This document shows positions 28,677 through 38,088 of a stretch of 64,000 nt of DNA, one piece after another. The stretch comes from a virus (Duplodnaviria > Caudoviricetes), in IMG/VR virus record IMGVR_UViG_3300049298_000033, positions 30,539-94,538 of that record. One strand, given 5' to 3'. Under the pieces are notes generated by a model. That model had not been told where the DNA came from, ran no database searches, and worked only from the letters and a program-made list of their open reading frames with translations. A program made the translations under genes and the position numbers. How positions within the stretch are numbered: position 1 is the stretch's first letter; every line of letters starts with the position of its first letter.

Positions 28677-29726
28677 ATGGCAGTAGGCATCCGTGGAGTC
28701 AGCTCCCTCGCGGTCGGCACGAACTCCATCGCCCCGACGATCCCCTCCAGCGTCCAAGCCGGCGACGCCTTGTTCCTGCTCGCCGGTGTCGGCGACGCCG
28801 GCGTCACATGGCCCACCCCCGACGGGTGGACGCTCGTCGAACGGCGGTCGCGGGACAGCGGCACCACCGGCATGATGGCCGCGCTGTACAAGCGGGTCGC
28901 GAGCTCCGGTGACGCCAGCGCGACGGTGACGCTCAGCGCCTCGACGACGGCCCATAGCGCCGCGATGATCATCGCGTTCAGTGGCTCAGACGTCGTCAAC
29001 CCGCTTCATGCCTGGTCAGGGTTCACTGAGTCGGCGGGCTCGGCCATCAACACGCACGCCCTGCCCAGCGTCACGACGACCCTCGACCAGTGCATGATCG
29101 TGAGCGGGATCGTCGGTAAGGACTCGGCGACGACCCTATGGACGCTCCCCGCGGGTTACACGAAGCAGACCGAGATCTACTTCGCACAGAGCGGCCGGAC
29201 GACCGGTGCGATGGGCACCAACGGCCCGCAGCCGATCGGCACGTACTCGCCCGGCAACGCCGCCCAGGACGGAGCGTCGAAGTACGCGTTCGCCTGGACG
29301 TTCGCCGTCGCCCCGTTCAGCAACGTCCAGAAGGCACGGCCAGTCGCCGACGAGGTCACGACCAGCGTCATCGGCGTGCCCACGCCCGGCACAGGCTCCG
29401 GCATCTACGCCGACGTCGCCGCCGACGATGACAGCCACTACGCGCGGCTCAGCAACGGCGGCGTCTATGAATGCCTCTTCGGAGCGCTCGTCGACCCCGG
29501 TGACAACACGGGCCACACGATCTCTTATCGGCTCCGATTCGCCGGCGGCGCAGCGAGCGGCTCATCCTCGACCGAGATCTGGCAGGGCGCCACCGTCATC
29601 GCGAGCTACACCGATACGGCCGCCGGATCCTTCGGCGACTTCAGCCATACCCTGACATCGACGCAGGCCGGGAACATCACCGACTACTCGGACTTGCGTG
29701 TCAGGTTTACCGCGACGGTCGCCTGA
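28677..29726 (+). CDS. Beta-rich tail/receptor-binding protein
   Basis: GGAGG RBS; Ser/Thr/Gly-rich; ITDYSDLRVRF. Confidence 0.7.
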   Translation: MAVGIRGVSSLAVGTNSIAPTIPSSVQAGDALFLLAGVGDAGVTWPTPDGWTLVERRSRDSGTTGMMAALYKRVASSGDASATVTLSASTTAHSAAMIIAFSGSDVVNPLHAWSGFTESAGSAINTHALPSVTTTLDQCMIVSGIVGKDSATTLWTLPAGYTKQTEIYFAQSGRTTGAMGTNGPQPIGTYSPGNAAQDGASKYAFAWTFAVAPFSNVQKARPVADEVTTSVIGVPTPGTGSGIYADVAADDDSHYARLSNGGVYECLFGALVDPGDNTGHTISYRLRFAGGAASGSSSTEIWQGATVIASYTDTAAGSFGDFSHTLTSTQAGNITDYSDLRVRFTATVA

Positions 29727-30031
29727 TGGCCGGCACGCTCGATGTCGCTCGCGTCCAGTTCTTCGCGCCGGCCGAACCGGTCCTCGACGTCTCCCAGGTC
29801 ACCTTCGAGGCGCCCGGCCCGCCGAACCCGAGCACCATCCCCTACCTCGACGTCGCCCAGGTGCGTCTCGCCGCACCGTCGCCGCCGCTGCCGTCATTTC
29901 TGGACATCGCCCAGGTGACGTTGAGAGCCCCACAGCCGCCGGGGGAGGCGCCGTACTCCGGTATCCGGGTCGCCCGCGACGGCAACTTGCACAACGTCTC
30001 GCTTCAGATCGCAAAGGGCGGAACGCTGTGA
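29726..30031 (+). CDS. Small protein with four LD(V/I)xxV repeats
   Basis: TGATG coupling; internal repeats. Confidence 0.7.
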   Translation: MAGTLDVARVQFFAPAEPVLDVSQVTFEAPGPPNPSTIPYLDVAQVRLAAPSPPLPSFLDIAQVTLRAPQPPGEAPYSGIRVARDGNLHNVSLQIAKGGTL

Positions 30032-30040
30032 GGGGGCCGA

Positions 30041-30364
30041 GTGGCGGATGAGCCATCGAACGCCGAACTTGCGCGCCGCCTCGCGGATATTGCCCTCCTC
30101 CTACAGCAAGTTGTCGGCCGGCCCGAGTACGCAGCGGACCAGCGCCATACCGAACATCGGTTCACCGAGATCGAACGGGACATCGAGGACGTCAAGAAGA
30201 CCCACAGCAAAGACATCGAGGCAATCCGCGGCCTGCTCGACAAGGCAGCGGAGAAGCGGGGAACGGACTGGAAGCAGGCCATCTACAGCGGTCTCCTCCC
30301 CGCGGTGTTCCTTGCGATCACGCTGCTCGTCACGATCCTGCTGGCGTTCAAGGGCGGCAAATGA
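30041..30364 (+). CDS. Coiled-coil protein with C-terminal TM helix (lysis-associated)
   Basis: [11 protein letters not shown]...[18 protein letters not shown]. Confidence 0.7.
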   Translation: MADEPSNAELARRLADIALLLQQVVGRPEYAADQRHTEHRFTEIERDIEDVKKTHSKDIEAIRGLLDKAAEKRGTDWKQAIYSGLLPAVFLAITLLVTILLAFKGGK

Positions 30365-30903
30365 CTGAGCACATACGTAGGGCGCGCCGCGGACTCCCGG
30401 CCGTGCTGCTCGCCATCGTGTTCCTGGTCCTCGTGGCGTGGCTCGCAGTGGAGATCCGGGACGTACATGACCGGCTACGGCAGGCCCAACAGGACAATAA
30501 GACGCTCGCGCAGCAGGTCCGCGACCTGGGTGGGGTGCCGAAGGTGACGCCGCAACCGGGTCCGACAGGCGCACCAGGCAGTCCCGGCGCCCCCGGGCAG
30601 ACGGGATCCGCCGGTCAGCCGGGTTCGAATGGGAGACCGGGGCAGAATGGCGCTTCCGGGCAGCCGGGGAAGACTGGTCCGTCTGGCGCACCTGGAGCTG
30701 CGGGTGCTTCCGGCGCTCCCGGCGTGACGGGTGATACGGGTCCGAAGGGCGACAAAGGCGATACGGGGGAGCAGGGTCCGAAGGGTGATCAGGGTGACCC
30801 AGGGCCGCCTGGCCCGACGTGCCCGGACGGCTACCACACCACGACGACGACGGTCGTCACCGCGGCGGGCCCACAGGACGCCGTGATCTGCACTGCCGAC
30901 TGA
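30361..30903 (+). CDS. Membrane-anchored collagen-like protein
   Basis: N-terminal TM, long GXY run, CPDGY...VIC. Confidence 0.85.
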   Translation: MTEHIRRARRGLPAVLLAIVFLVLVAWLAVEIRDVHDRLRQAQQDNKTLAQQVRDLGGVPKVTPQPGPTGAPGSPGAPGQTGSAGQPGSNGRPGQNGASGQPGKTGPSGAPGAAGASGAPGVTGDTGPKGDKGDTGEQGPKGDQGDPGPPGPTCPDGYHTTTTTVVTAAGPQDAVICTAD

Positions 30904-30913
30904 GGAGAGATAG

Positions 30914-31063
30914 ATGACGACCCCTGACGACCCGGACTTCATCCCGGCCGACGACCCGCGCTTCGTGCCGTACCCGGACGAGCCGCCGATGGACGCCAGC
31001 GGCCCGACCGACCGCAACGCGCCCGACCTTGGGGAAGTGGACGACGATGCCGACGAGAACTGA
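30914..31063 (+). CDS. 49-aa acidic Pro/Asp-rich peptide
   Basis: GAGGAG RBS; MTTPDDPDFIPADD...; below ORF-track cutoff. Confidence 0.55.
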   Translation: MTTPDDPDFIPADDPRFVPYPDEPPMDASGPTDRNAPDLGEVDDDADEN

Positions 31064-31952
31064 GTACGTCAAGTACCTGCGCTCGCTGGAGGGCGGGTAT
31101 GGCCCGGCGCGCGGCCTGCGGAACAACGACAACCAGTTCAACACCTGGTACTACGGCCGCCGTGTCTCCGGCGACGACTACGCCTGGTGCGCGGTGACCG
31201 AGTGCTACGTCGAGAACCATTTCGACATCCTGACGGTCAACGGCGGCAAGGTCGCCTATGTGCCCAACATGGTCGCTGTGGCGAAGAAGGCCGGTGCGAA
31301 GGTCTGGCATAAGCCGCGCATGGTGCCCGAGCAGGGCACGAGCTGGGCGAAGCCCGGCAACAAGATCACCTTCGATTTCAACAGGACGAATGAGGCCGAG
31401 CACACCGGCACGTTTGTTCGGCGGCTCAGCGCCACGAGGATTCTCACGAGCGAGGGCAACACCTCGACCAGCAGGTACAGCGATGCGCTCACGCCGAAGG
31501 AGCGCGACGTGGCCGACGTGCTCGACGTGATCGAGCTGCTCGGCGTAGACGGAGACAGCCCTCAGGAGGACGATATGCCCAGCTATGTGAGCCTCGGCCA
31601 GAAGAAGCCTCAGCAGGTCAAGAAGGGCGAGACCGTCCGCGCGATCTTCGACACCGAGTACAGCGACAGGGACAAGGCGCACGCCGACGGCCCGCACCCG
31701 GGCATCATCCGGGCAGGGAAGAACGGTACCCAGTTCGTCATCGAGGTCGACGTGGCGGGCTCCGGCGGCGGTGACTACCGGCTCGTCGAGACCGACCCGG
31801 CGAAGGACTACGCGGTCACCAAGACGTACTCGGTGAACAAGCCGACGTATGTCGGGCTGTGCGACGCCGGGAAGCACCTGTACGTCGAGCTGCACCCGGC
31901 GGCCGACGGCGACGCGAACGTGGCCGTGAAGGCCCAGTACTGGCACCGCTGA
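31047..31952 (+). CDS. Endolysin, CHAP-type peptidase
   Basis: NQFNTWYYG, AWCAV, EHTG, EGNT. Confidence 0.85.
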   Translation: MPTRTEYVKYLRSLEGGYGPARGLRNNDNQFNTWYYGRRVSGDDYAWCAVTECYVENHFDILTVNGGKVAYVPNMVAVAKKAGAKVWHKPRMVPEQGTSWAKPGNKITFDFNRTNEAEHTGTFVRRLSATRILTSEGNTSTSRYSDALTPKERDVADVLDVIELLGVDGDSPQEDDMPSYVSLGQKKPQQVKKGETVRAIFDTEYSDRDKAHADGPHPGIIRAGKNGTQFVIEVDVAGSGGGDYRLVETDPAKDYAVTKTYSVNKPTYVGLCDAGKHLYVELHPAADGDANVAVKAQYWHR

Positions 31953-32188
31953 TGGCCGACGAGCTACCGCGCGTCGAGCGCGACGAGGACGGTCACCCGG
32001 TCTGGATCGACCATTGCCCGGCCACATCGCCGGGATTCGATCCGGTGGCCCGTGTGACGCTGCCGCTCGGCCCGCAGGGCTGGCAGTGGACCGCAGACGG
32101 CGGGCTGACGCCGTCGATCCTCTGCGGAGGGTGCGGGATCCACGGCTTCTGGATCGGCGGCGAACAGCCGTACTGGCGTAGCTGCTGA
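31952..32188 (+). CDS. Small metal-binding protein (DUF6527-like)
   Basis: LTPSILC..C..HGFW. Confidence 0.65.
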   Translation: MADELPRVERDEDGHPVWIDHCPATSPGFDPVARVTLPLGPQGWQWTADGGLTPSILCGGCGIHGFWIGGEQPYWRSC

Positions 32189-32325
32189 GAGCCTACGCAG
32201 CTCCGTAAGCTGCCTGACCTGCCTTTTTCGCGGATCCGCGAAAAAGGTCCCGCGTTCATACCAGCGGATATACCGCCCCCTCTCGCCCGGCCAGCGTGCC
32301 GGGCTTCGTCATTCCTGGAGTCCGA

Positions 32326-33303
32326 TTGACCACCACGAAGCATGCTGAAGCGCGGCAGGTACCAGGCCGGCGTCTCGGCCGGCGAAAGCCGAAGAACGCA
32401 CCTGCACTGCGTCTCGCTAGCTTCCTCACTGGACGGGTCCCAGCGCATCCTGCCGCGGCCGACCACTTCGCCAAGGTCACCGACTGGGGCCTCTGGCAAA
32501 ACGACACCTACGGCGACTGCGGGCCCGTGTCGTTCTTCAACCTTCGAAAGCTCGTCACGGTCTACGCCACCGGCGAGGAAGTGCAGCCGACACAGGACGA
32601 TGTCTTCCGGCTGTACAAGCTCGTCAACCCCACGTTCGATCCTGACGACCCCGGAGGTCCTGGGGACGCGGGCGTCGACATGCAGACCATGCTCGAGCTC
32701 GCACTCAAGCACGAGGTGTGCGGCCCCGGCGTGATGCTCGGCTTCGCGAAGGTCGACGTCTCCAACCCCGACGAGGTCCGCGCCGCGACGAGCATCTTCG
32801 GCGGCGTCCTCCACGGCGTCGACCTCGAAACCGCGCAGCAGGACCAGACCGACGCCGGCCTGTGGGACTACAAGAGGTCGGGGGAGTGGGGCGGCCACGC
32901 GGTCCTCTCCGGCCGCTACACCGACCCTTCCGGCACCGCCCAGGACCGTACCGCGGTCGTCACCTGGGCTGAGGTCGTCGACTGCACGGACGCGTTCGAG
33001 CAGCATCAGCTCGAGGAGTGCTGGGTGGTGATCTTCCAGGAGCATCTGGATCATCCGGCATTCCAGGAAGGGGTCGACGTCACTGCATTGGCGAGTGCAT
33101 ACGAGTCCCTGACTGGGCGTCCGTTTCCCGGGCAGCCCAGCCCCGAGCCCGAACCCTCTCCTGAGCCTGCTCCGGGTCCTGTGGACGACGCTGACCGCGT
33201 TCTTGCGGAAGCTGCTCGGCACTGGCTGAGGCGCCGTCACCGCGGCGAGAACGAACACCTGGCGAGCGAGCTGATCGTCTGGCTCGCCTCGAAGAACCTC
33301 TGA
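32326..33303 (+). CDS. Papain-like (C1) cysteine peptidase
   Basis: NDTYGDCG, GGHAV, VTWA; TTG start after GGAG. Confidence 0.7.
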   Translation: MTTTKHAEARQVPGRRLGRRKPKNAPALRLASFLTGRVPAHPAAADHFAKVTDWGLWQNDTYGDCGPVSFFNLRKLVTVYATGEEVQPTQDDVFRLYKLVNPTFDPDDPGGPGDAGVDMQTMLELALKHEVCGPGVMLGFAKVDVSNPDEVRAATSIFGGVLHGVDLETAQQDQTDAGLWDYKRSGEWGGHAVLSGRYTDPSGTAQDRTAVVTWAEVVDCTDAFEQHQLEECWVVIFQEHLDHPAFQEGVDVTALASAYESLTGRPFPGQPSPEPEPSPEPAPGPVDDADRVLAEAARHWLRRRHRGENEHLASELIVWLASKNL

Positions 33304-33365
33304 ACCCTGTTCAACCTCTACTCGGCCCGCCATCGTGCGGGCCTCCGTCATGAAAAGGGAGACCC

Positions 33366-33713
33366 ATGAAGTACAGACTCACAGGGGAACCGGCCCTGGT
33401 CCTCACCCTCATCAACGCCGTCGTCGCGCTCGTCGCCGGCATGATCCCCGCGTTCACGCCCACCGAGGCCGGCGCCGTCAACGCTGCCGCGGCCGCAGTC
33501 CTCACGCTCGTCGCCGCCTGGGCCGTGAAGCCGTTCCCGGTCGCGCTGCTCATCGGCGCGTTCAACACCCTCGCCGCTTTGGCGGTCGCGTTCTACCCGC
33601 ATCTGCACTTGACGCAGAACTGGGTGGGTTTGGCGGACGCGGTGATCGCTGCGGCGTTCGGCGTGTGGATGCGGGTGCACGTGTCGCCTGCGCCGGCAAG
33701 CGTCGGACGGTAG
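33366..33713 (+). CDS. Holin
   Basis: Several TM helices; GEPAL start, R.HVSP end typical of actinophage holins. Confidence 0.8.
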   Translation: MKYRLTGEPALVLTLINAVVALVAGMIPAFTPTEAGAVNAAAAAVLTLVAAWAVKPFPVALLIGAFNTLAALAVAFYPHLHLTQNWVGLADAVIAAAFGVWMRVHVSPAPASVGR

Positions 33714-33770
33714 CCGTGTAGACCTCCGCTGCGTCTCTGGTCACCCTGGCGCAGCGGAGCCCCACGAAGA

Positions 33771-33815
33771 AGCCCCGCTCTCTCATCCGGTGCGTCCGGG
33801 TGGGGGAGCGGGGCT
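33771..33815. terminator. Hairpin terminator at end of late operon/convergence point
   Basis: AGCCCCGCTC...GAGCGGGGCT inverted repeat. Confidence 0.75.
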
Positions 33816-34169
33816 CTCATCATGTCTGAGATCAGGTCGTGACGAGCTTCAGCATCGGGGCGCTGGACTCCTCAGACGGAATAGGAGCGGAGTCGATCTC
33901 CCTGCCGCCGAGAACGATCCGCAGCGGAGGCGGCGGAGCGCTCGAAGCTTCAACGACCTTCGCCATGATGGGCCAGTCGTCAGCGCAGATCCCGACCTAA
34001 GGTAGAGCCCCCGGCGGGTACCTCCGAAGTCCCTTGGACAACGGCACCGGGGGCGGTCTGGCACCTAACCGAACAAAGGCCCGGGGCAGCGCCGGAGGCT
34101 CGGGGCGCATCAACCAGCTAAGGATGGAAGGGTCTGGCAGCAGACCAAGCGGACTCCCCGCAACCACCA

Positions 34170-34343
34170 TCAGGATACGCGCTTCGGCCCACATCCGTCG
34201 TGTCTGGCATCGCCATCAGGGCCGATGCTGAACGCCTTCATCCCGATCAGGTTGCCGCACTCAATGCAGTGAAGCGGCTCGGTGGCGTCCTCCGACGCAT
34301 ACACGTCGCCGCTGGCCTCGTCCACCCAGGCCTTGCCAGTCAC
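34170..34343 (-). CDS. 57-aa hypothetical (CxxC...HxxC)
   Basis: GTGA overlap; MTGKAWVDEASG... Confidence 0.55.
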   Translation of the reverse strand: MTGKAWVDEASGDVYASEDATEPLHCIECGNLIGMKAFSIGPDGDARHDGCGPKRVS

Positions 34344-34678
34344 GACTCGCTCCGTTCCCGAGAGGGAGGCATGGGAATCGCCCGCTTAATCCACCCCTGC
34401 GGTTCACTGTCATCGGATCCGTCCCAAGCGATCGCTTCGCCGACCGCCCGCAGGAACGAGTGCATGTCCGTGCCCTCATAGCACCAGCCACGATCCATCG
34501 ACAGGTGAACGCCGTCGGCACTGCGCTCATCGGTGCGAACTACCCTCCAGTTGAAGATCATGCGCAGCACATCCACGCACTTGCCGCTGGGGAGTTCCTT
34601 GACGTGGTATCCGCCCTCGACGGGCTCAAGGGCGGCGCCGTATTGGTTGGTAGCGATGGTCTGCAGGAAGTCGGTCAC
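34340..34678 (-). CDS. Hypothetical protein
   Basis: Coupled to recombinase stop. Confidence 0.65.
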   Translation of the reverse strand: MTDFLQTIATNQYGAALEPVEGGYHVKELPSGKCVDVLRMIFNWRVVRTDERSADGVHLSMDRGWCYEGTDMHSFLRAVGEAIAWDGSDDSEPQGWIKRAIPMPPSRERSES

Positions 34679-35688
34679 GTGTCCATCCTGTCTTGGGGGA
34701 GAGGCTTAGCGTCACGCAGAGACTCCAGAGAAGGCAACGACAGCTTGTCCGCGGCAGCACGGGCAGCCCGCGCGGGGCGCCGGTCATAAGCCGCTGTGGT
34801 CGTCGCCGATGCGTGGCCGAGGAGCCGCTGAGCGGTCGCCAGGTCGACGCCAGCGTCGAGCAGGTCCCCGGTGTGTGTGCGCCGGAAGTCGTGGGTCGCG
34901 AGCGGCGGCAGACCAGCTTTGCGGCAGACGCGGGCGACGATGTAGCCGATCGCGCGGGGCGTCATCTGCTCGTCCTGGATCTTCCCCGTCTTATGGATCG
35001 GGCGGAACATCGGGCCGCGGCGGCTGCCGAGCAGTCTCAACCACTGGTCGAGGATCGGGACGGCGGTCGGGTTGATGTAGACCTCGCGTTCCTTGTTGCG
35101 CTTCCCGATGATGCGGAGGGTGCGTTCGCCTGCGTCGTAGCGCTCGAGGAGCGCGCCGGCGGCTTCGGCGCGCCGCATTCCGGTGCAGTACAGGACAGCG
35201 ATCAGAGCGGCGTCGCGTGCCGCTGCAGGGCCGTCCTGCTCAGCGCAGATCTTGAGCATGGCAGTGAGCTCGTCGGTGTGAATGTTCCGGCCGGCGGGCA
35301 GCCGCTGTACCGGGAGGCTCTTCACGTCGGCGGCCCGCTCGTATTCCTCGGCGGTCATGAGTCCCATTCGCCAGCAGGTGCGGAGGACCTGACGCATGGC
35401 GATGAGGTGCTTGTTGACGTGGCTGGGGGAGTGGCCTTCGGCGATGAGCGCTGAGCGGATCTGGTTGGTGTGCTCGTAGCGGAGCAGCCACCACGGTTGC
35501 CACGCGCCGGTCGCGTCGTCGTTGCCGGTCTGCATGCGGGCGATCTTGTCGAGGGCGCCGCGCATGGTCCGCTTCGACTCCGGCGACGTCAGCGAGTCAA
35601 GGTACACCTGGTACGGGTCATGGGTGGGGCGCCGCTCGACAGGGAGGGCGGGGAACGGGGAAGTAGAGGCCGGTTCGAGCGCTGTCAT
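34675..35688 (-). CDS. Tyrosine recombinase (XerC/D-, Cre-like)
   Basis: TGMRRAE, GKRNKER, HDFRRT, LGHA, TAAY catalytic residues. Confidence 0.95.
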   Translation of the reverse strand: MTALEPASTSPFPALPVERRPTHDPYQVYLDSLTSPESKRTMRGALDKIARMQTGNDDATGAWQPWWLLRYEHTNQIRSALIAEGHSPSHVNKHLIAMRQVLRTCWRMGLMTAEEYERAADVKSLPVQRLPAGRNIHTDELTAMLKICAEQDGPAAARDAALIAVLYCTGMRRAEAAGALLERYDAGERTLRIIGKRNKEREVYINPTAVPILDQWLRLLGSRRGPMFRPIHKTGKIQDEQMTPRAIGYIVARVCRKAGLPPLATHDFRRTHTGDLLDAGVDLATAQRLLGHASATTTAAYDRRPARAARAAADKLSLPSLESLRDAKPLPQDRMDT

Positions 35689-36605
35689 GCATCCTGCCGT
35701 TCGATACCCAGAGCCGCCTCCACGCGTTCCCGCCAGTCATGGCCGAGCAGGTCGATCACGCTCAGACGGTGGTCGAAGCGGTAGTTGACCCAGTCGTTCG
35801 TCCGCATCTCCAACTTCCCCCGGCGAGCCCGCAGGCCCGCCATGGCTGCCTTCCACTGCTCGTGGCGGGGGAGCTCGCACCAGAGTTCATCGGCCTGGCC
35901 GATACGGTGATCCTCCTGCTCGTCCTCCGACAGGGCATTCCATTCGTCGGGAGCATCGCGAGCCCAGTCCGGGGTGAGATCCGCGTCCTCGGGTGGCGAC
36001 CATTGTGCGATCTCCTGGTTCGGGAACCCGTCGCACACGCTGTAGGACATCACCACTGGCTCGTCATCGCGTGACCGCAGCAACTCGATGACGTCTTCCC
36101 AGCCCTGCGAGACCCATCGCCGCTCGATGTCAGCGGCGCCTCCGTGCCAGTAGCCCTTGCGGTACAGGCCGGTGTCGAGGCCGCCTTGGATGATGTCAGC
36201 GAGCCACGCCCGGTTTGGCCCATCGATCCAGCCGTGGAGCTCGCACTGGCCGTGGAGGCGGGCCAGGAGCCTTATCTGGTCGCTGCCGACGACCATTGCC
36301 GTGTTGAGAGCGAGGGAGAACGTGTCGATCTCGCGTCCGGCGTAGACCATGAGGGGGTCGCTGCCGACCCTGAACGAGGTCTCGTAGGTGGATGCCCATG
36401 ACAGCTTCCAGCCGGGTTGGGTGCGGTCGTGCAGGGCGAGGTAGTGGGAGGGCGGCAGTAGCTCCAGAAGCGTGTCGGTGTGACCGTACTGTCCGACAGC
36501 GAGTAGGCCCACGGCCATGTCGGAGATGAGACCTCCGGCGTATGCGCGTTCGGAGCCTCGCAGTTCGGCGGTGCCGCTAGGGGAGTGAAAGTAGACGCGA
36601 CTCAT
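35685..36605 (-). CDS. Hypothetical protein
   Basis: 306-aa ORF coupled to recombinase start. Confidence 0.75.
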   Translation of the reverse strand: MSRVYFHSPSGTAELRGSERAYAGGLISDMAVGLLAVGQYGHTDTLLELLPPSHYLALHDRTQPGWKLSWASTYETSFRVGSDPLMVYAGREIDTFSLALNTAMVVGSDQIRLLARLHGQCELHGWIDGPNRAWLADIIQGGLDTGLYRKGYWHGGAADIERRWVSQGWEDVIELLRSRDDEPVVMSYSVCDGFPNQEIAQWSPPEDADLTPDWARDAPDEWNALSEDEQEDHRIGQADELWCELPRHEQWKAAMAGLRARRGKLEMRTNDWVNYRFDHRLSVIDLLGHDWRERVEAALGIERQDA

Positions 36606-36675
36606 ACCTTGGATTCTTTCAGATTTCGACGTTTAGTTTCCGGGATTTTCTAATCTCGACAAGATCCATTTGGAT

Positions 36676-37281
36676 TCACCTTCGTACCTTCTGGGCGACA
36701 ACCTGCCGGTAGATCTCCTCGGCAAACGCCCACCCAGCAGGTGTGTGCCGGTATTGCTCGAACGGCGTAGGAGCCACCACAAGTTCAGGCTTGGCAGTGG
36801 CATTGACGATCAGGCCGATCCCCCAGAAGTCCGCCTCGATCGCCTTCTCAGCCAGGGAACGTGGCTTCCCAGTGAGTGCGAGGACACGGTTGCAGTACGC
36901 GCCAAAGCGGCCAGCGCGGATCATGCCCGGCTTCCACTGCTGCCCGGTGACGAGCGCGAGGCGCACATCCAATGGCTTTAGGATCTGCCGGACGACACCG
37001 CCCAAGGTGATATCGACGCACCCGTGCGGAAGCTTCTTCACCATCCGCCAGTCTGTGTCTCGCGGGAGCACGGGCAGGCCGGCGGGTAGTTCCATCATCA
37101 GGTCGAGCTGGTCGAGGCGGGTCACAGCAGTCAGCCCGACGGCCTGCCGTCGCTGATGCTCGCCGCGGTTGAGGCGGTACGCAATGGTGGCGTCGGTCTT
37201 CACGGAGACCTGCGCGGCTTCGGTGTCGGCGAGGTTGAGGTCTGGGCACTGCTCGGCAAGGAGCGCAACGATGGCATTCAC
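36676..37281 (-). CDS. Hypothetical protein (degenerate restriction-endonuclease-like fold?)
   Basis: EADFWGIGLIV motif. Confidence 0.6.
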   Translation of the reverse strand: MNAIVALLAEQCPDLNLADTEAAQVSVKTDATIAYRLNRGEHQRRQAVGLTAVTRLDQLDLMMELPAGLPVLPRDTDWRMVKKLPHGCVDITLGGVVRQILKPLDVRLALVTGQQWKPGMIRAGRFGAYCNRVLALTGKPRSLAEKAIEADFWGIGLIVNATAKPELVVAPTPFEQYRHTPAGWAFAEEIYRQVVAQKVRR

Positions 37282-37284
37282 CGG

Positions 37285-37656
37285 TCATGCTCCTGTCGGT
37301 CTCGTGATCCACCGGACCTTGATGCCGGGGTGCTCCCCCGCGTGCTCACTCGCGGACGTCTCAGCGCCGCGGCGGGTCTTGTAGTTGTTCGCGGTCCACG
37401 GGCATGAGCCGCACCGCCACGAGTAGGTGTCGCCGCGGAACGGGTTCGCGTAGACGGCCATTGAGGTGCCAACGATGATCGTGCCGGCGGGCGGGTGGAC
37501 TGCCTTGCCTGCGGCCTGTGCGATCTCGCCGATGGAGGTCCGCTCCGCGGCAGATCTGAAGACTTCCTGCGCGGTGTCGATGTCACCGTGGGCGATAGCA
37601 GCGATGACGGCCGAGATGCCGGCGGCTGGTTTGTGGTCCTGCCCGGTGCGGGTCAC
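37285..37656 (-). CDS. Hypothetical protein with C2H2-like finger
   Basis: WRCGSC...EHAGEH. Confidence 0.65.
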   Translation of the reverse strand: MTRTGQDHKPAAGISAVIAAIAHGDIDTAQEVFRSAAERTSIGEIAQAAGKAVHPPAGTIIVGTSMAVYANPFRGDTYSWRCGSCPWTANNYKTRRGAETSASEHAGEHPGIKVRWITRPTGA

Positions 37657-38057
37657 TCGGCCTCCCGCTCGCATCCAGGCGTCCAACGACGACCGACACG
37701 GCGCCAGTGGCACTGCCCAGCCTTCGCGGAGTCCTTCGCATCCCAGCGCTTCCCGTCGACGGTGTGGCTCTTGAAGAACGCGAATGCGCCAGCGGTGCTG
37801 GTCGCGACGAGGCGTCCGCATTTGCACTTCGCGCCCTTCAGGAGGCGCTCGGCGAGTGCCTGTGCGGCCTCGGTCGGGTTGCGGTGGTTCTCGACGGTGA
37901 GCCGTGCGCCGCGGAGCTGAGCGTGGGCGTACCAGCCTGCCTCCTCGGGCGGGACATCATCGTGGAGGTATCCGATCTCGAAGCCGCGGGCGCCGGTGCG
38001 GCCAACAAGGTCGGCACAGGCGATGACGACTTCGTCATCGATCAGGGGGTCGCTCAC
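37653..38057 (-). CDS. Hypothetical protein
   Basis: GGAGG RBS. Confidence 0.65.
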   Translation of the reverse strand: MSDPLIDDEVVIACADLVGRTGARGFEIGYLHDDVPPEEAGWYAHAQLRGARLTVENHRNPTEAAQALAERLLKGAKCKCGRLVATSTAGAFAFFKSHTVDGKRWDAKDSAKAGQCHWRRVGRRWTPGCEREAE

Positions 38058-38088
38058 TGGTTTCCTCCGAAGGTCTTGCAGGCGGCGG

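Noticed and set aside
26156-30031. Diversity-generating retroelement in tail genes
   Set aside because: No reverse transcriptase or TR/VR pair seen.
30555-30815. DNA-level repeat in GXY region
   Set aside because: Explained by collagen coding.
33820-34170. attP near the recombinase
   Set aside because: No tRNA-like core or arm-type repeats recognisable by eye; cannot be supported without host sequence.
33832-34194. Apparent ORF with in-frame TAG suggesting stop-codon reassignment (with 46475)
   Set aside because: TAG ends many core genes (protease, capsid, tape measure, holin), and this frame has poor coding character.
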